A stretch of 64,000 nucleotides of DNA, from NCBI GenBank assembly GCA_965197905.1, contig CBDAOB010000004.1:1184001-1248000 (forward strand). Reading direction: 5' to 3'. The translations under genes were made by a program, and so were the position numbers. The DNA comes from Candidatus Latescibacterota bacterium. Lineage in GTDB: Bacteria > Latescibacterota > UBA2968 > UBA8231. How positions within the stretch are numbered: the first letter of the stretch is position 1; every line of letters starts with the position of its first letter. This document shows positions 1 through 10,264 of the stretch, in pieces. The notes below the pieces were generated by a model. It worked only from the letters and a program-made list of their open reading frames with translations, searched no databases and was not told the origin of the DNA.

Positions 1-1
1 G

Positions 2-2701
2 GTTGAGAAAACTGGTATACCGCTTCAAGCTGTTCCGTTTCTCGGTCTCGTCCTGCAGGCGGTACGGCAGCGGACCAAACCCCTGCACGCCCGCCTGCAA
101 GCGGGTTCGCCGCATGAGGGGGAGCTCTGCCCGGACGATAGGTACCAGGCGATACTCGGAGTTGAGGTGTCGATCGAAGGTGCGGTCGGTCTCGCGCAGG
201 AGCAGGAACTTGAACTGGGGGGTCAGGGTCAATGGCCCAAAGAATCGTTTATACTCCACACTGCTGACCACGGTCCAGAGATTGAGCAATCGCTTGGGTT
301 CGGCGAAGCCCGAGGCAAAGTGATCGCCTCGCTGCCAATTCAGACGCAACCGCAACTGCTGCGCCACCTTTAGCGAATATCCCAGCCTCGCCTCGATCTC
401 CAGATACGACTCGTTGACGTAGCTGTTCTTGTACTTGAGCGGGTCCTGCCGCGCTTCGCTGATGTTGGTGCGTCTGCCGTAGCCCGAGAGCCTGCTGCGC
501 TGGGGCGGATCCACGACCGAGAGGTAGAGATCGGGCACGTCGTCGCGCACCCGCTGCGTGTTGTTCTCGAAATACAGCTTTCGCAGCACGCCGAGCCCGT
601 CCCGGCGGTAGCCCAGAATGGCGTAATTGGCCATGTTGCGCCGGTGCCCGGCAATCTGACGGGCGGCATAGCGACCTGCCGCCAGGGTCCAGTGTTTGGT
701 CAGCTCCAGCTGACCAAACAGATGATACCCTCCTTGATCGTAGTCATACGGATAGTCCTCCTTCCAGTCGTCTTCCCGCAGGTCCGGCTCGTCGTTGTGG
801 TTGCGATCCAGACCGTAGGTAAACTCGTTCGGCTCCACGTCGAACATGAGGAACGGCTCTTCGAAATCGGGTATGCCGTCGAAGTCCCGATCGACGTCCG
901 GAATCCCGTTCTGGTCCTGATCCTGATTCGGAAACACCCCATCCAGATCGTACCCCACCAGCAGTATGTCGGGCCAGATGTCCGCTTCATCGTTGTCTTC
1001 CACCAGCTTCCATTTCCACAGGCGATACTGGTAGGGAGTGGTTTGCAAGCTCGGGTCTTTGTACTGGCGCATCTCGGAAACGTATTCGGGATTGATTGCG
1101 AAGTACTCTCCCCCTATGAGTCCGCCATCGAACCAATGAGTGCCGTTGACGAAATAGGCGGCTCCGCGTTCGGCGAACCTGGGCGCTTTGTCGAACGCCG
1201 GCTCTCGATTCTCGTGCGTGGGGAAACGAAAGTGACGCGCGGTGCGGGCGTACTCGGCGTTGATTTCCAGGCCGGGAAGACGGAAGCTCACGTCGGCGCC
1301 GTAGGAGAAGTGCGCCGTCTGCTCCCCCACCTTGAACCGCACGGTCTGGATATTGGTACCATCGCGCACGTTGCCCCGGGCCCGCTTTGCATCGCGGAAA
1401 AAGGTGGCCCAGTAACGACTGGCGTAGGCGCGGGCCTTCGGGGCAACCTCGGAGATGGTGGTTACGGCGACGTGAAAATCATCCGCTACCAACGCTTCCA
1501 CCGCCGCCGTTTGGACGGAAGGTTCGCCCGCGACCTCATAGAGGTAAACGAGCCTCGAGTCGCCGTCAGCGTGCAGCACCTGGTCCGAGGGCTCGACGGT
1601 GAAGGTCCGCAGCAATCCCTTGAGGTTGGTGAAACCGCTCACGTCGATGCCGCGCTCGTGGTCGATACGATAGAGATAGTCGGCAAAGAGCGGCATTTCG
1701 TCCTCGCCGTAAAACTGCCCGCTGACCCGCGCGTACGGGGTAGGTCGAAAGCTGTTGTCGAACAGGACGCGGCCCACCTGGGTCGGATCCGTACCCCTGT
1801 GTCGGATCACGATCGGCTCGATGTCGGGACGCGGCTCGCCGTCCAGAAAGAGGGTTACCTTTTGGATGGTTGCGCCCCCGCGGCCGTCTTCTGGTGAATC
1901 GTCTTTGAACTGGACCACGATCCAGTCCACCAGCGGTTGGAAGGAACGCAGCCGTCCGTGGATGCCGTTGCCGGGCCGGGTGCTCTGGAACTGATGCAGG
2001 TTGATCCAGCTCAACCCTAGTTGCAGAACTCCGAGCTGGGTTTGCAGGCGGTTGGCCAACATGAACGTAGAATTCTCGACCGGTATTCCGTGCACATGCT
2101 CGGCCCTCGCCGCGTGGGCCGTGGCCTGTATCCGCGGTGAGGCGAAATCGAGGCGAAAGCCACGAGAGTAGGTCCGCGACAGGATGAGCGGCGTAAAACG
2201 CAGCGCCCCGGTAAGCCCGATAATACCACTGTACCCCCAGTCACCGGAGTAATCGCTGCCAGTCACCTGGCAAGTAGTGCAGGGCCAGTCGATGAGGCTG
2301 CCGCACTGCTCTCCACGACGGCCGTCGCAGGTTTGACCCGGCATGCGGATCTCGCGCCAGGAGTACCAGTGATAGCCGACGATCTGTTCGTGTCCTAGGG
2401 AGCCGTAAAATGTCCGCGGAGCGTCTTCGTACGGATGGGTGTGGTTCGGATAGTTCTCGTACGTGTCGAAGGCGTAGTTGCGATACCCCGGCTGCGTTCG
2501 TTTGAGGAAATAACTCTGGGGTTCGGTCTCGGTTAAAGTCAGAGTGGGCGCGGCGCCGGCCGCGCCTGCGGAAACCAGCAGGCACAGTGCCAGGAACCGC
2601 AGCGCTGAGTTAATCTGAAACCGCAGGGCCGGGAAATTCTTGAACCTGTTTCGGCCAGCATCGATCGTCCCCAGTATCGTCGTCGGCCAGGTATCACTCA
2701 T
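2..2701 (-). CDS. Large exported hypothetical protein (>900 aa, runs off the window) with Ca-binding DxDxDG-like repeats
   Basis: Not in the ORF track because it is open-ended. Hand translation from the ATG at 2701 (overlapping the upstream stop): MSDTW...LRFLALCLLVSAGAAGAA (signal-like), later DLDGVFPNQDQDQNGIPDVDRDFDGIPDFEEPFL...DRNHNDEPD; the frame is consistent to position 2. Confidence 0.8.
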   Translation of the reverse strand, partial: MSDTWPTTILGTIDAGRNRFKNFPALRFQINSALRFLALCLLVSAGAAGAAPTLTLTETEPQSYFLKRTQPGYRNYAFDTYENYPNHTHPYEDAPRTFYGSLGHEQIVGYHWYSWREIRMPGQTCDGRRGEQCGSLIDWPCTTCQVTGSDYSGDWGYSGIIGLTGALRFTPLILSRTYSRGFRLDFASPRIQATAHAARAEHVHGIPVENSTFMLANRLQTQLGVLQLGLSWINLHQFQSTRPGNGIHGRLRSFQPLVDWIVVQFKDDSPEDGRGGATIQKVTLFLDGEPRPDIEPIVIRHRGTDPTQVGRVLFDNSFRPTPYARVSGQFYGEDEMPLFADYLYRIDHERGIDVSGFTNLKGLLRTFTVEPSDQVLHADGDSRLVYLYEVAGEPSVQTAAVEALVADDFHVAVTTISEVAPKARAYASRYWATFFRDAKRARGNVRDGTNIQTVRFKVGEQTAHFSYGADVSFRLPGLEINAEYARTARHFRFPTHENREPAFDKAPRFAERGAAYFVNGTHWFDGGLIGGEYFAINPEYVSEMRQYKDPSLQTTPYQYRLWKWKLVEDNDEADIWPDILLVGYDLDGVFPNQDQDQNGIPDVDRDFDGIPDFEEPFLMFDVEPNEFTYGLDRNHNDEPDLREDDWKEDYPYDYDQGGYHLFGQLELTKHWTLAAGRYAARQIAGHRRNMANYAILGYRRDGLGVLRKLYFENNTQRVRDDVPDLYLSVVDPPQRSRLSGYGRRTNISEARQDPLKYKNSYVNESYLEIEARLGYSLKVAQQLRLRLNWQRGDHFASGFAEPKRLLNLWTVVSSVEYKRFFGPLTLTPQFKFLLLRETDRTFDRHLNSEYRLVPIVRAELPLMRRTRLQAGVQGFGPLPYRLQDETEKRNSLKRYTSFLN

Positions 2702-4644
2702 GGCGGCGGCCAACCATTTCGTGATCGTCGAACAGATCGTAGGCTACCGATCCTTGGCTCTGCGCCGGCGGCGAAACCTCAAAGATGTGGCAGAAGGTCG
2801 GCACCACATCGGTGGCATGGACATACCCCAACAAGCCCGTTGGCCGCTCGTACCCTTTCTTGAGACCCGGTCCGGCAAGCATCAACGTACCGAAACTGGA
2901 CGAGATCTCACTCTGGGTCGGTATGAATCCTCCGTGGTGTGCTCCAAACACTCGCGGCGCTCCCGCGGCGGCGCCGCCGACAATCCCTTTCCACTGGCCG
3001 TAATATCCGCTGACATACCCATGTTCCCAGGCAAAGATCACATCCCCGCACTGATCCCCCCATTGACCCAGGATGTAGGCGTCGCGTCGCGGCAGAGCAA
3101 TGGCAATCGGCGTGCGGCCGACCTCTTCATCGACCCAGGTGCGCAGGGCCAGCAGCAGGTCCCGCTCGATCCGCTCGAAATCCTCGCTTCCCGGCTGGGC
3201 GTTGATGAATATGTCGAAACCTTTGTCGTCCCTCAAGTAAGCTTTCGTTGTCTCCCAATCGATATCCTCTTCCAGAACCCGGTCCTCCTCCACGGCCGAC
3301 CCGCCGCCTTCTTTGACTACCGTGAATCCGCTATCGCAGAGAAACTTGCGGATGTTCGCCACGCGCACATCGGGGGAACATCCGTGATCGGCGAGGACGC
3401 CGACGCAGGTCTGGTCGTCCGCCGCTTTCCAGATGCGGCCCAATACGCGGTCCCCCACCTGGTAAGCCCGGCGGAAATAGTCGACGAAGGGCGCGGCGCA
3501 ATCCGCGTCGTAGGCCGGACAGACCGGGTCCACGTCCCCCAGGTGAACGTGGTTCAGATAGTCGTAGAGGTGCCAGTGGCAGATGAAAAATGCGCATCCC
3601 CTTTCGTGCAGCATGTAGTTCGCGACGTCGGCGAACCAGAGGCCCTGGTACTCACACTCCTCCAGGGCGGTGTCGAAGTCGGTCATGCCGTCGGTGTAGG
3701 GTGACATGGAGGCGTGCTCCTGGTAGGGTCCGAACCGTTCGAGGAGCTGGCCGGCTAGATCTTCGGGCAGGGTGTAACCATCGACATAGGTGACCTGCAA
3801 GCGGTATAGCTTGAGGTTCGCGCCGTCAGCTGTCAGTTCCATCAGTTTGAAACGTACCGAAGCACGTTGTTTGCCACCGTCGATCTGGAACTCTTCGACC
3901 GCCCACTCGCTCCATTCTCCGGCTTCAACGTAGGTCATGGCGGTACCGCCGTCTTGCCGGCGACAGATCAGCAACCGGTCGTACCCCCGGCCGGCGGTGT
4001 CCACAGCCAACAGATGGAAGGTGGTGACATCGTCGCCAATGCGGGCGTGTATTTGGATACTGCTGGTCAGCGGCGGTGAATGGCTGTCGGGCAATCCGCT
4101 CCAACCCTCGGCCGGGCAAAGGGGCGGGATCGACTCGACGGCGTACTGGGTCCCGGCGTACGGCCGTGCCGTCGTGATCCATTTCGATGGGGGTTTCCTG
4201 TGCTTCCGCGGTGGTGTAGGACTGACAGGCGGCGATTTCGTACTCCGTGCTGGCATAACCTGGATGGCCGTAGCCGTCTACCACAAACCCGGATTTGACG
4301 CCGGAGGGATCGGCTGCGGGATAATGCACCGCCACACTCTTGAGCCCTTCCCTTTCGAATGCGTTCCAAATCCGCTCGGCGCTGAGGGCACGGCCGTCGA
4401 AGCTGCTGATACGCTCCCCGGAGGTCAGCTGCACCCGCCATCGGGTTGCGCCGTGGGTGCCGGTGTGGGCCCCGGTGGAGAGGGTCGCCCAGTTTGTGGG
4501 TGTCCACACGGGAAGGGAAGGAAAGGTCTGGTTGACCGTGCCCTCCCGGATCATGCGCTCGAAATTGGGCAGGCATCCCTCGGCAGCAAACCTTTTTACC
4601 ATCGGAGTGATGAGTCCGTCCATACCGTAGGCACAGATCTTCAT
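2694..4644 (-). pseudogene. Alkaline-phosphatase superfamily (type I phosphodiesterase/nucleotide pyrophosphatase-like) protein, frameshifted near 4150
   Basis: N-half in ORF 3925..4644 (GMDG, PVWTPTNWATLSTGA) and C-half in ORF 2694..4256 (ADHG, GAHHGG, DVVPT) differ by one base of frame; may be a sequencing error. Confidence 0.75.
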
Positions 4645-4674
4645 GGAAATATTTCGTCCTTTTCTTGTTGCCTA

Positions 4675-5472
4675 TTATTCGTCCAGTAGAACCCGAAGCT
4701 CGGGCGTCAAGCTGGAACGAAGCGATTCGGGAAAGTGGTCACGGTAGCCGGTCCTGCGGATCAACTCCTTCAGACGCGCGGCGGATGGGTGATAGAATGA
4801 CGTGAAATAGACGTAGCGAGGTTGCTTCGTCTTGTTGGGAGAAGCCGAGTGATAACAGAGGGGATTGAAAACCATCAAATCCCCATCGTTGCCGCAGATT
4901 TCGACGCCATCGCCGTCTTCGATGTCGGTGACCGTAGCCGTGTTGCTTGCGATCGGCTTTCGTCCGACTTCACGCTCGGCGCAGTCGCTAAGTTCGAGAG
5001 ACCGCTCGTGCGAGCCCGGTACGATCAAAACAGCTGCACCTCCAGCATCGACGGTACTGCAGTAGTGCAGCATCTGGTAGTAGACCCGCCGCGGCTTTGC
5101 CTGGAAGTCCGCGCGACAGAAGGCGGCGTCGATGTGCCAACTTAGCGACTGATAAGGGGGCGGCGAGGGATCGGTGCGCACGAAAACCTGCTCGCGCATC
5201 CGCAGGTCCCGGGAACCGATCAAGGTCGAGGCCAGTTCGAGGGTTGTGCGGTTGCTCGCCAGGCGAGCCATGATCGCCCCCGGAATGGGATGCCGCAGGT
5301 CGTGTCTGACGGTGCGTCGATCGGAGGTCTCAACAGGGCCGTCGATGAGTGCGCGAATCGCGGCTGTGGTTTCGCGGTCGAGATAGTCGGAGAAAACGGT
5401 ATACCCCTGATTCTCTAGCTCCTTCAACCGGGCATCGAGATGCGGCAATTCGGATAGCAGGTTTTTCCCCAT
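4675..5472 (-). CDS. Phytanoyl-CoA dioxygenase (PhyH) family Fe/2OG oxygenase
   Basis: ENQGYTV, WHID, IVPGSH, GDLMVFN..YHSASPN..R motifs. Confidence 0.85.
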   Translation of the reverse strand: MGKNLLSELPHLDARLKELENQGYTVFSDYLDRETTAAIRALIDGPVETSDRRTVRHDLRHPIPGAIMARLASNRTTLELASTLIGSRDLRMREQVFVRTDPSPPPYQSLSWHIDAAFCRADFQAKPRRVYYQMLHYCSTVDAGGAAVLIVPGSHERSLELSDCAEREVGRKPIASNTATVTDIEDGDGVEICGNDGDLMVFNPLCYHSASPNKTKQPRYVYFTSFYHPSAARLKELIRRTGYRDHFPESLRSSLTPELRVLLDE

Positions 5473-5815
5473 GATCAATCCGGCGGCATGGTTGATGGGA
5501 TCTCGCCAAAGAGTATGACGAGACTGTGGGCTCAACGAAAGTGTTCCACGGGCGAGGTGTCATGGTGAAATCCGCCTTTCGGCCGGTTTCCGACCGTCGC
5601 GACTGCTCTTGCGAGCCAGGATAAACTGTTGAAGCTGAGAAACTAAGAGTTCGTCTGAGGGGTTTCTCTCTGCCGACGCTTCGCGCATATTCAGGGGTAT
5701 TTGATGCTCTTCGGGCTATTCATCAAATTCGAGCATGATTGTCGCGGCTAGCGGACCCGATCCGTCGCTACGACAAACATACTCGGCCGGCACAACAAAG
5801 AGGAGGGCGTAGTCG

Positions 5816-5971
5816 ATGTTTGCGAAAATACTGGGTGTTGCGGTGTTGGTGGTCGCAGCCCTTATCGCTCTGAGTATCGCCGGTTTCATTCTATCCATTA
5901 TCTGGAAAATTGGCATGATCGTGCTGGTCATTGGCGTCGGATATTTCGGATGGAAGCTGCTCAAGGATTGA
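5816..5971 (+). CDS. 51-aa small membrane protein
   Basis: AGGAGG RBS, then MFAKILGVAVLVVAALIALSIAGFILSIIWKIGMIVLVIGVGYFGWKLLKD*; two hydrophobic helices; below the ORF-track cutoff. Confidence 0.75.
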   Translation: MFAKILGVAVLVVAALIALSIAGFILSIIWKIGMIVLVIGVGYFGWKLLKD

Positions 5972-6011
5972 CCCAGAGGGCCCATCAAACAGCGAAAATG
6001 AGGATCGTGAC

Positions 6012-7283
6012 ATGACCAAGAGAAACGGAAAGAAACTGGCCCGCGGAGTGGCAGTGGTCGGCGCCGGCATGTCGGCGTTCGGCATGTTCAAAGACAAAGA
6101 CTCCAAGGATCTCTTTGCCGATGCCTATCGCGAGATGCTCGCCTCGGTGGACAAAGGGGTGGATCCGAACGAGATCGACGCTCTCTATCTGGGCAACTTC
6201 ACCAACGATTTTTTCGTGCACCAGGCCCATTGGGGACCGATCATCTCCGATCTTATCGGTTTGATTCCGAAGCCAGTAACCAGAATCGAAGGGGCCTGTG
6301 CCTCCAGCTCGCTCGCACTGCGCGAAGGTGTGCTCAGTATTGCCTCGGGTATCTACGACATGGTGCTTGTAGGCGGTCTCGAGGAGATGTCTAAGCTCTC
6401 CACCGAGCAGGTAGCGGAGGGTCTGGCACTCGCGGGCACCCCGTACGAGGGCGCCGCGGGATTTACCTTCCCCGGTATTTTTGGTGCCATCGCGACAGCG
6501 TACTTCGCCCAGTATGGAGCCAATCGCGAGCACTTGATGAACGTAACCATCAAAAGCCACGACAACGCCCGGAAGAATCCGAAAGCGCAGTTCAACCGAT
6601 CCATCACAGAAATGATGGAAGCGAAAGCGGAAAGAGCGAAACAGAGAGGAAAACCGATTCCTTCCTGGAGCGACGACAAGGAGTTTCTCCGCGATCCGGT
6701 GGCCAACCCGATGGTGGCGTGGCCCATACATCTTTTTGACTGCTGCCCCATTAGCGACGGGGCCAGTTGCATGCTGCTCGTCGCCGAAGATCTGGCAAAG
6801 CAGTTTACCGACACTCCGATCCACGTCGCCGGCATCGGTCAAGGCAGCGGCCGTGGACTCCACGCCGCCGAGACGCTCACCTCCTTCGGAGCGACTCAAC
6901 ACGCGGCACAGGAAGCCTACCACATGGCAGGCGTGACCGCCGACGACATCCAGTTTGCCGAGGTGCATGATTGTTTTTCCATGGCAGAGATTCTCCACAT
7001 GGAAGATCTCGGATTCTGTGGACCGGGCGAGGGGTACAAGGCGGTGGAAGACGGTTCGTCCAAGCTGGAAGGGCCGAAACCGATCAACACCTCAGGGGGG
7101 CTCAAATGCAAGGGACACCCCGTCGGTGCCACCGGAATCGCGCAGATGTTCGAGGTCTGGACGCAGTTGCGGGGCGAGGCGGGCGAGCGGCAGATCCCCA
7201 ATGACAACCTGCATCTGGGTCTCGCTCACAATCTTGGGGGCACCGGGGGCACGAGCTCGGTAACCGTGCTCGAAAGGAGATAA
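6012..7283 (+). CDS. Thiolase-domain protein (SCP-x/archaeal-type acetyl-CoA acetyltransferase family)
   Basis: EGACASS, CCPISDGA, EVHDCF, NTSGGL.CKGHPVGATG, HNLGG motifs. Confidence 0.9.
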   Translation: MTKRNGKKLARGVAVVGAGMSAFGMFKDKDSKDLFADAYREMLASVDKGVDPNEIDALYLGNFTNDFFVHQAHWGPIISDLIGLIPKPVTRIEGACASSSLALREGVLSIASGIYDMVLVGGLEEMSKLSTEQVAEGLALAGTPYEGAAGFTFPGIFGAIATAYFAQYGANREHLMNVTIKSHDNARKNPKAQFNRSITEMMEAKAERAKQRGKPIPSWSDDKEFLRDPVANPMVAWPIHLFDCCPISDGASCMLLVAEDLAKQFTDTPIHVAGIGQGSGRGLHAAETLTSFGATQHAAQEAYHMAGVTADDIQFAEVHDCFSMAEILHMEDLGFCGPGEGYKAVEDGSSKLEGPKPINTSGGLKCKGHPVGATGIAQMFEVWTQLRGEAGERQIPNDNLHLGLAHNLGGTGGTSSVTVLERR

Positions 7284-7292
7284 GCCGTCACC

Positions 7293-7712
7293 GTGGAAAC
7301 CCGGCCGTTCAGCGATATCTCCTACCGGAAGTTTCTAGAGGAAGAACGCCTGATGGGATCGAAGTGCGAATCGTGCGGCCGGGTCTACGCGCCGCCGCGG
7401 CCGATCTGCATCCACTGCCACAGCTCGCAGATGCAGTGGATCCCACTCAGCGGAAACGGCACCTTGGCCGCCTTTACCTGCATCGCCATCGGTCCACCCT
7501 CCATGGCGGCGTTGGGGTACGGCCGCGACAATCCGTACTGCTCCGGTGTGGTCGCTTTGGAGGAAGGCGGGCGGGTCGATGCCCGCATTGAAGGCGTCGA
7601 CGCGAGAAACCCGGAGTCCATTCTGGTGGGATTGCCTTTGAAGGTGAAGTTTCTGCGCAACGGTGAGAACGACGGTGTCATTCTAGCGTTCGAGCCGCGA
7701 GAGAACGGTTAA
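7293..7712 (+). CDS. DUF35 Zn-ribbon/OB-fold thiolase partner
   Basis: CESCG..PPRPICIHC zinc ribbon followed by an OB fold; directly after the thiolase. Confidence 0.9.
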   Translation: METRPFSDISYRKFLEEERLMGSKCESCGRVYAPPRPICIHCHSSQMQWIPLSGNGTLAAFTCIAIGPPSMAALGYGRDNPYCSGVVALEEGGRVDARIEGVDARNPESILVGLPLKVKFLRNGENDGVILAFEPRENG

Positions 7713-7754
7713 CGAACAACCCTTCGGTTTGTGCGGCGGACCCAACCCGCCGGT

Positions 7755-9101
7755 TCATCTGTCGTTTGAGCCAACAACCTCTTCCACAAGTTTGGCCACC
7801 GATTCCTTGATCTGGACCTCAATGCCCGGGCGGGGTGCAAGCCGGTTGCGGTAGACCAATCCCGCTGACTTGGCGGAGGCAAAGCTGGATGCTTCGTAAC
7901 CCCCCTTTGGCCCCATCTCCAGATCCCTGTCCGTCGGGATGTACGCCTCGCAGCCGTTGGTGTAGGCGCAGGACACGGTGTGTCGGAAGGGGGACTCTCG
8001 ATCGAACCACAAGCCGTATTCGCAGAAGAGCTCGTGGGGCGCAGTTAATAGACACCAGTCGTAGCCAAGAACGATCATATTGATTTCAAGAGGTATGCGG
8101 GGCGGCCGGTTTGCATCGATCATGACCTGAAGCTCGCGCAGACAATGGATGCGATCCTCGAGAATCCAGTGACGTTCCGGATCGCCGGCGGATTTCTGCT
8201 GCCTCGTCGTGGCACGTTCTAGAGCCTGACCGCACTCCGCTGCCGTTGGCAGATCCTCGCAGGCAAGCCAGACAGTGGTGGTGCCAAGCCTGCAGGTGGT
8301 TTCCTGCAGTGGAACGCTCTGCTCGAGAGCGTCCACAGTAGCCGCGCCCAGTCGATTGCCGGCTTCCTTCGCCGCCTCATGACCTGCCCGAAGTGGATGA
8401 CCGTTGATGTCGCCGCCACAACCCTGCACAAACACAGGCACGACATCAGCGCCGAGGGCTGCGCGAATACGAGCGACGGCCGCTCCTGGGAAATCCGCAC
8501 AGATAAGCGAGCTGGTGGCATGTACGATCACCGGGTGCGCGGCGTGACTGAAAAGAACGGCTACGGGACATTCGTTCTCGTCGTACGCTGCCAGGACGTC
8601 GACCCAGGGAATCTGTGGACCCTCGCGATTGGGAGCCATGATCACTCCCTCATCCGTATTCAGCCGACGGTTGACACCGACCTGCACCGGCGCACGCCCA
8701 ACCCGCAGCTGAACGGGGACCATCTTGTCCGCCGCTGCCTGAGATAGCTCGGGCAATGCCGCGCGCAGGTGATCCCGCCAACCGACCTCCTCGCTAAGGT
8801 GTTGTTGCCAGCCGCCAATACTCCACGGCATGGAAAAGGGCGCCGAGTGATTGTGGCTGCAGTTCAGCAGCACCGTTTCGATACCCGTAGCTCCCCGGAT
8901 CGCGCCGCGCAGCTCGTCGCTGAACTCGATGCTCAAACCCACCAGATCCATACCGACCACAACCCAGGGCTGACTGCCGTCGTCGGCCACCAGGGCGCGG
9001 GCGTAGAGAGGTTCATGAACGCCCGTGCTGGGGCCCATGCGGCCAAGAAGCCAACCGCCAACCGGAGGTGTTATGTCGGTCTCGCTCGCGCCTATCCGCA
9101 T
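7755..9101 (-). CDS. Neutral/alkaline ceramidase-like amidohydrolase
   Basis: DITPP, LYARALV, CSHNHSAP, HAAHP, ADFPG, QGCGGDIN, YTNG..YIPT, GGYE motifs. Confidence 0.8.
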   Translation of the reverse strand: MRIGASETDITPPVGGWLLGRMGPSTGVHEPLYARALVADDGSQPWVVVGMDLVGLSIEFSDELRGAIRGATGIETVLLNCSHNHSAPFSMPWSIGGWQQHLSEEVGWRDHLRAALPELSQAAADKMVPVQLRVGRAPVQVGVNRRLNTDEGVIMAPNREGPQIPWVDVLAAYDENECPVAVLFSHAAHPVIVHATSSLICADFPGAAVARIRAALGADVVPVFVQGCGGDINGHPLRAGHEAAKEAGNRLGAATVDALEQSVPLQETTCRLGTTTVWLACEDLPTAAECGQALERATTRQQKSAGDPERHWILEDRIHCLRELQVMIDANRPPRIPLEINMIVLGYDWCLLTAPHELFCEYGLWFDRESPFRHTVSCAYTNGCEAYIPTDRDLEMGPKGGYEASSFASAKSAGLVYRNRLAPRPGIEVQIKESVAKLVEEVVGSNDR

Positions 9102-9117
9102 GCCCGCCCTCGCGTAG

Positions 9118-9974
9118 TCAGCCGCCAATCAACTGCGATAGATATGCCCCTTCTTCGGCGATCTTCCGGTCGTCTTCTCCGGGACCAAACTCTTCCAGCG
9201 AAATGTACCCCGTGTATCCCACATCCTTGAGATCCTGGATGATCTGGGGATGTCGGCTATACCTTCTCGAACGTCGCAAAAGTTCCATGTCCACTGCATC
9301 TTGCCGGTTTCGTCACGCTCGGTTTGAGCCGGTATAGCGTTTCCGATATGGCAGTGGGCAAGGTAGGGGCCGAGGAGCTCGAGCCCCATTCGGGTGTCTT
9401 CGATGCCCACCTTAATCATGTTAGGAACATCGAAGATGGCGCCGATGTGAGCGGGGTTCAGGTCTCTCAACAGCTCCAGGGTACGAGAGCATGAGACGGC
9501 GATGGTGCCGGCGTGAATCTCGTAGATGATCTTGACCCCGTATTCGCGCGCCGTTTCGACGAGGCTGGCAAACCCTGCACGAGCGTTCAAGAATTGCGGT
9601 TGATACGACAAGGTGCGGTCGTGGCGCTGCGCCCCGACCCGGATCAGCGGCGGATGGTGCGGATCGATGGCCAACGCGCCTCTGAATATCTTCTCGACCG
9701 TTTCCATGTCTTGGTAGGTGAAGTTGGGTGCTAGCGCGGCGACCGCGATGCCGCTGCGCTGGGAGGCTTCGCGGATTTTCGGGGCTTTGTCGACGACATT
9801 GTCGGGGCTGACGTCGGTGAGGTGGCGACCCCATGGCGACGGATCCGCGTTGGGATCGTCGGGGTTGTAGCGACACCGGAGCTCGACGCCGTCGTAGCCG
9901 TGCTCTGCCAGTTTGTCGAAGGTTTGGTCCAGGTCCCAACGCGGGAGCATGACCGAAGTAACGGAGAGTTTCAT
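9118..9974 (-). CDS. Sugar-phosphate isomerase/epimerase (xylose-isomerase-like TIM barrel); apparent 1-nt deletion at 9246-9249
   Basis: GYDGVELR, YEIH, FDVPN, HCH motifs; adding one base to the G4 run restores DIPQIIQDLKDVGYTGYISLEEF...GG*. Confidence 0.8.
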
Positions 9975-10264
9975 GATTCTTCCTTGTGCGGACGTCGTTT
10001 GAATTGCACCTGCGAGATCTACTAACAAACAACGACTTCTCATCAATATCAAAGGCTGTGGCGTCGGATGCCGCTACGGCAAGCTCGCGACTCAGTCTTT
10101 CGCACAGGAATCGCCCGAGTGGCAGCGAGAGTACGGTTTCCCCACCTTTGAGGAAACACCGGTTGCCCTGCCCTAGGAGCCGGCGCCTCACCTCACAGCC
10201 TGAGCCGAAAACTCTTACCAGTGGTAAGCCCGTGAAACTGTCTGCGAGGAAGATTGCGGGAAAG

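Noticed and set aside
644..1897. 417-aa plus-strand ORF
   Set aside because: Antisense shadow of the real minus-strand gene 2..2701; no recognisable motifs.
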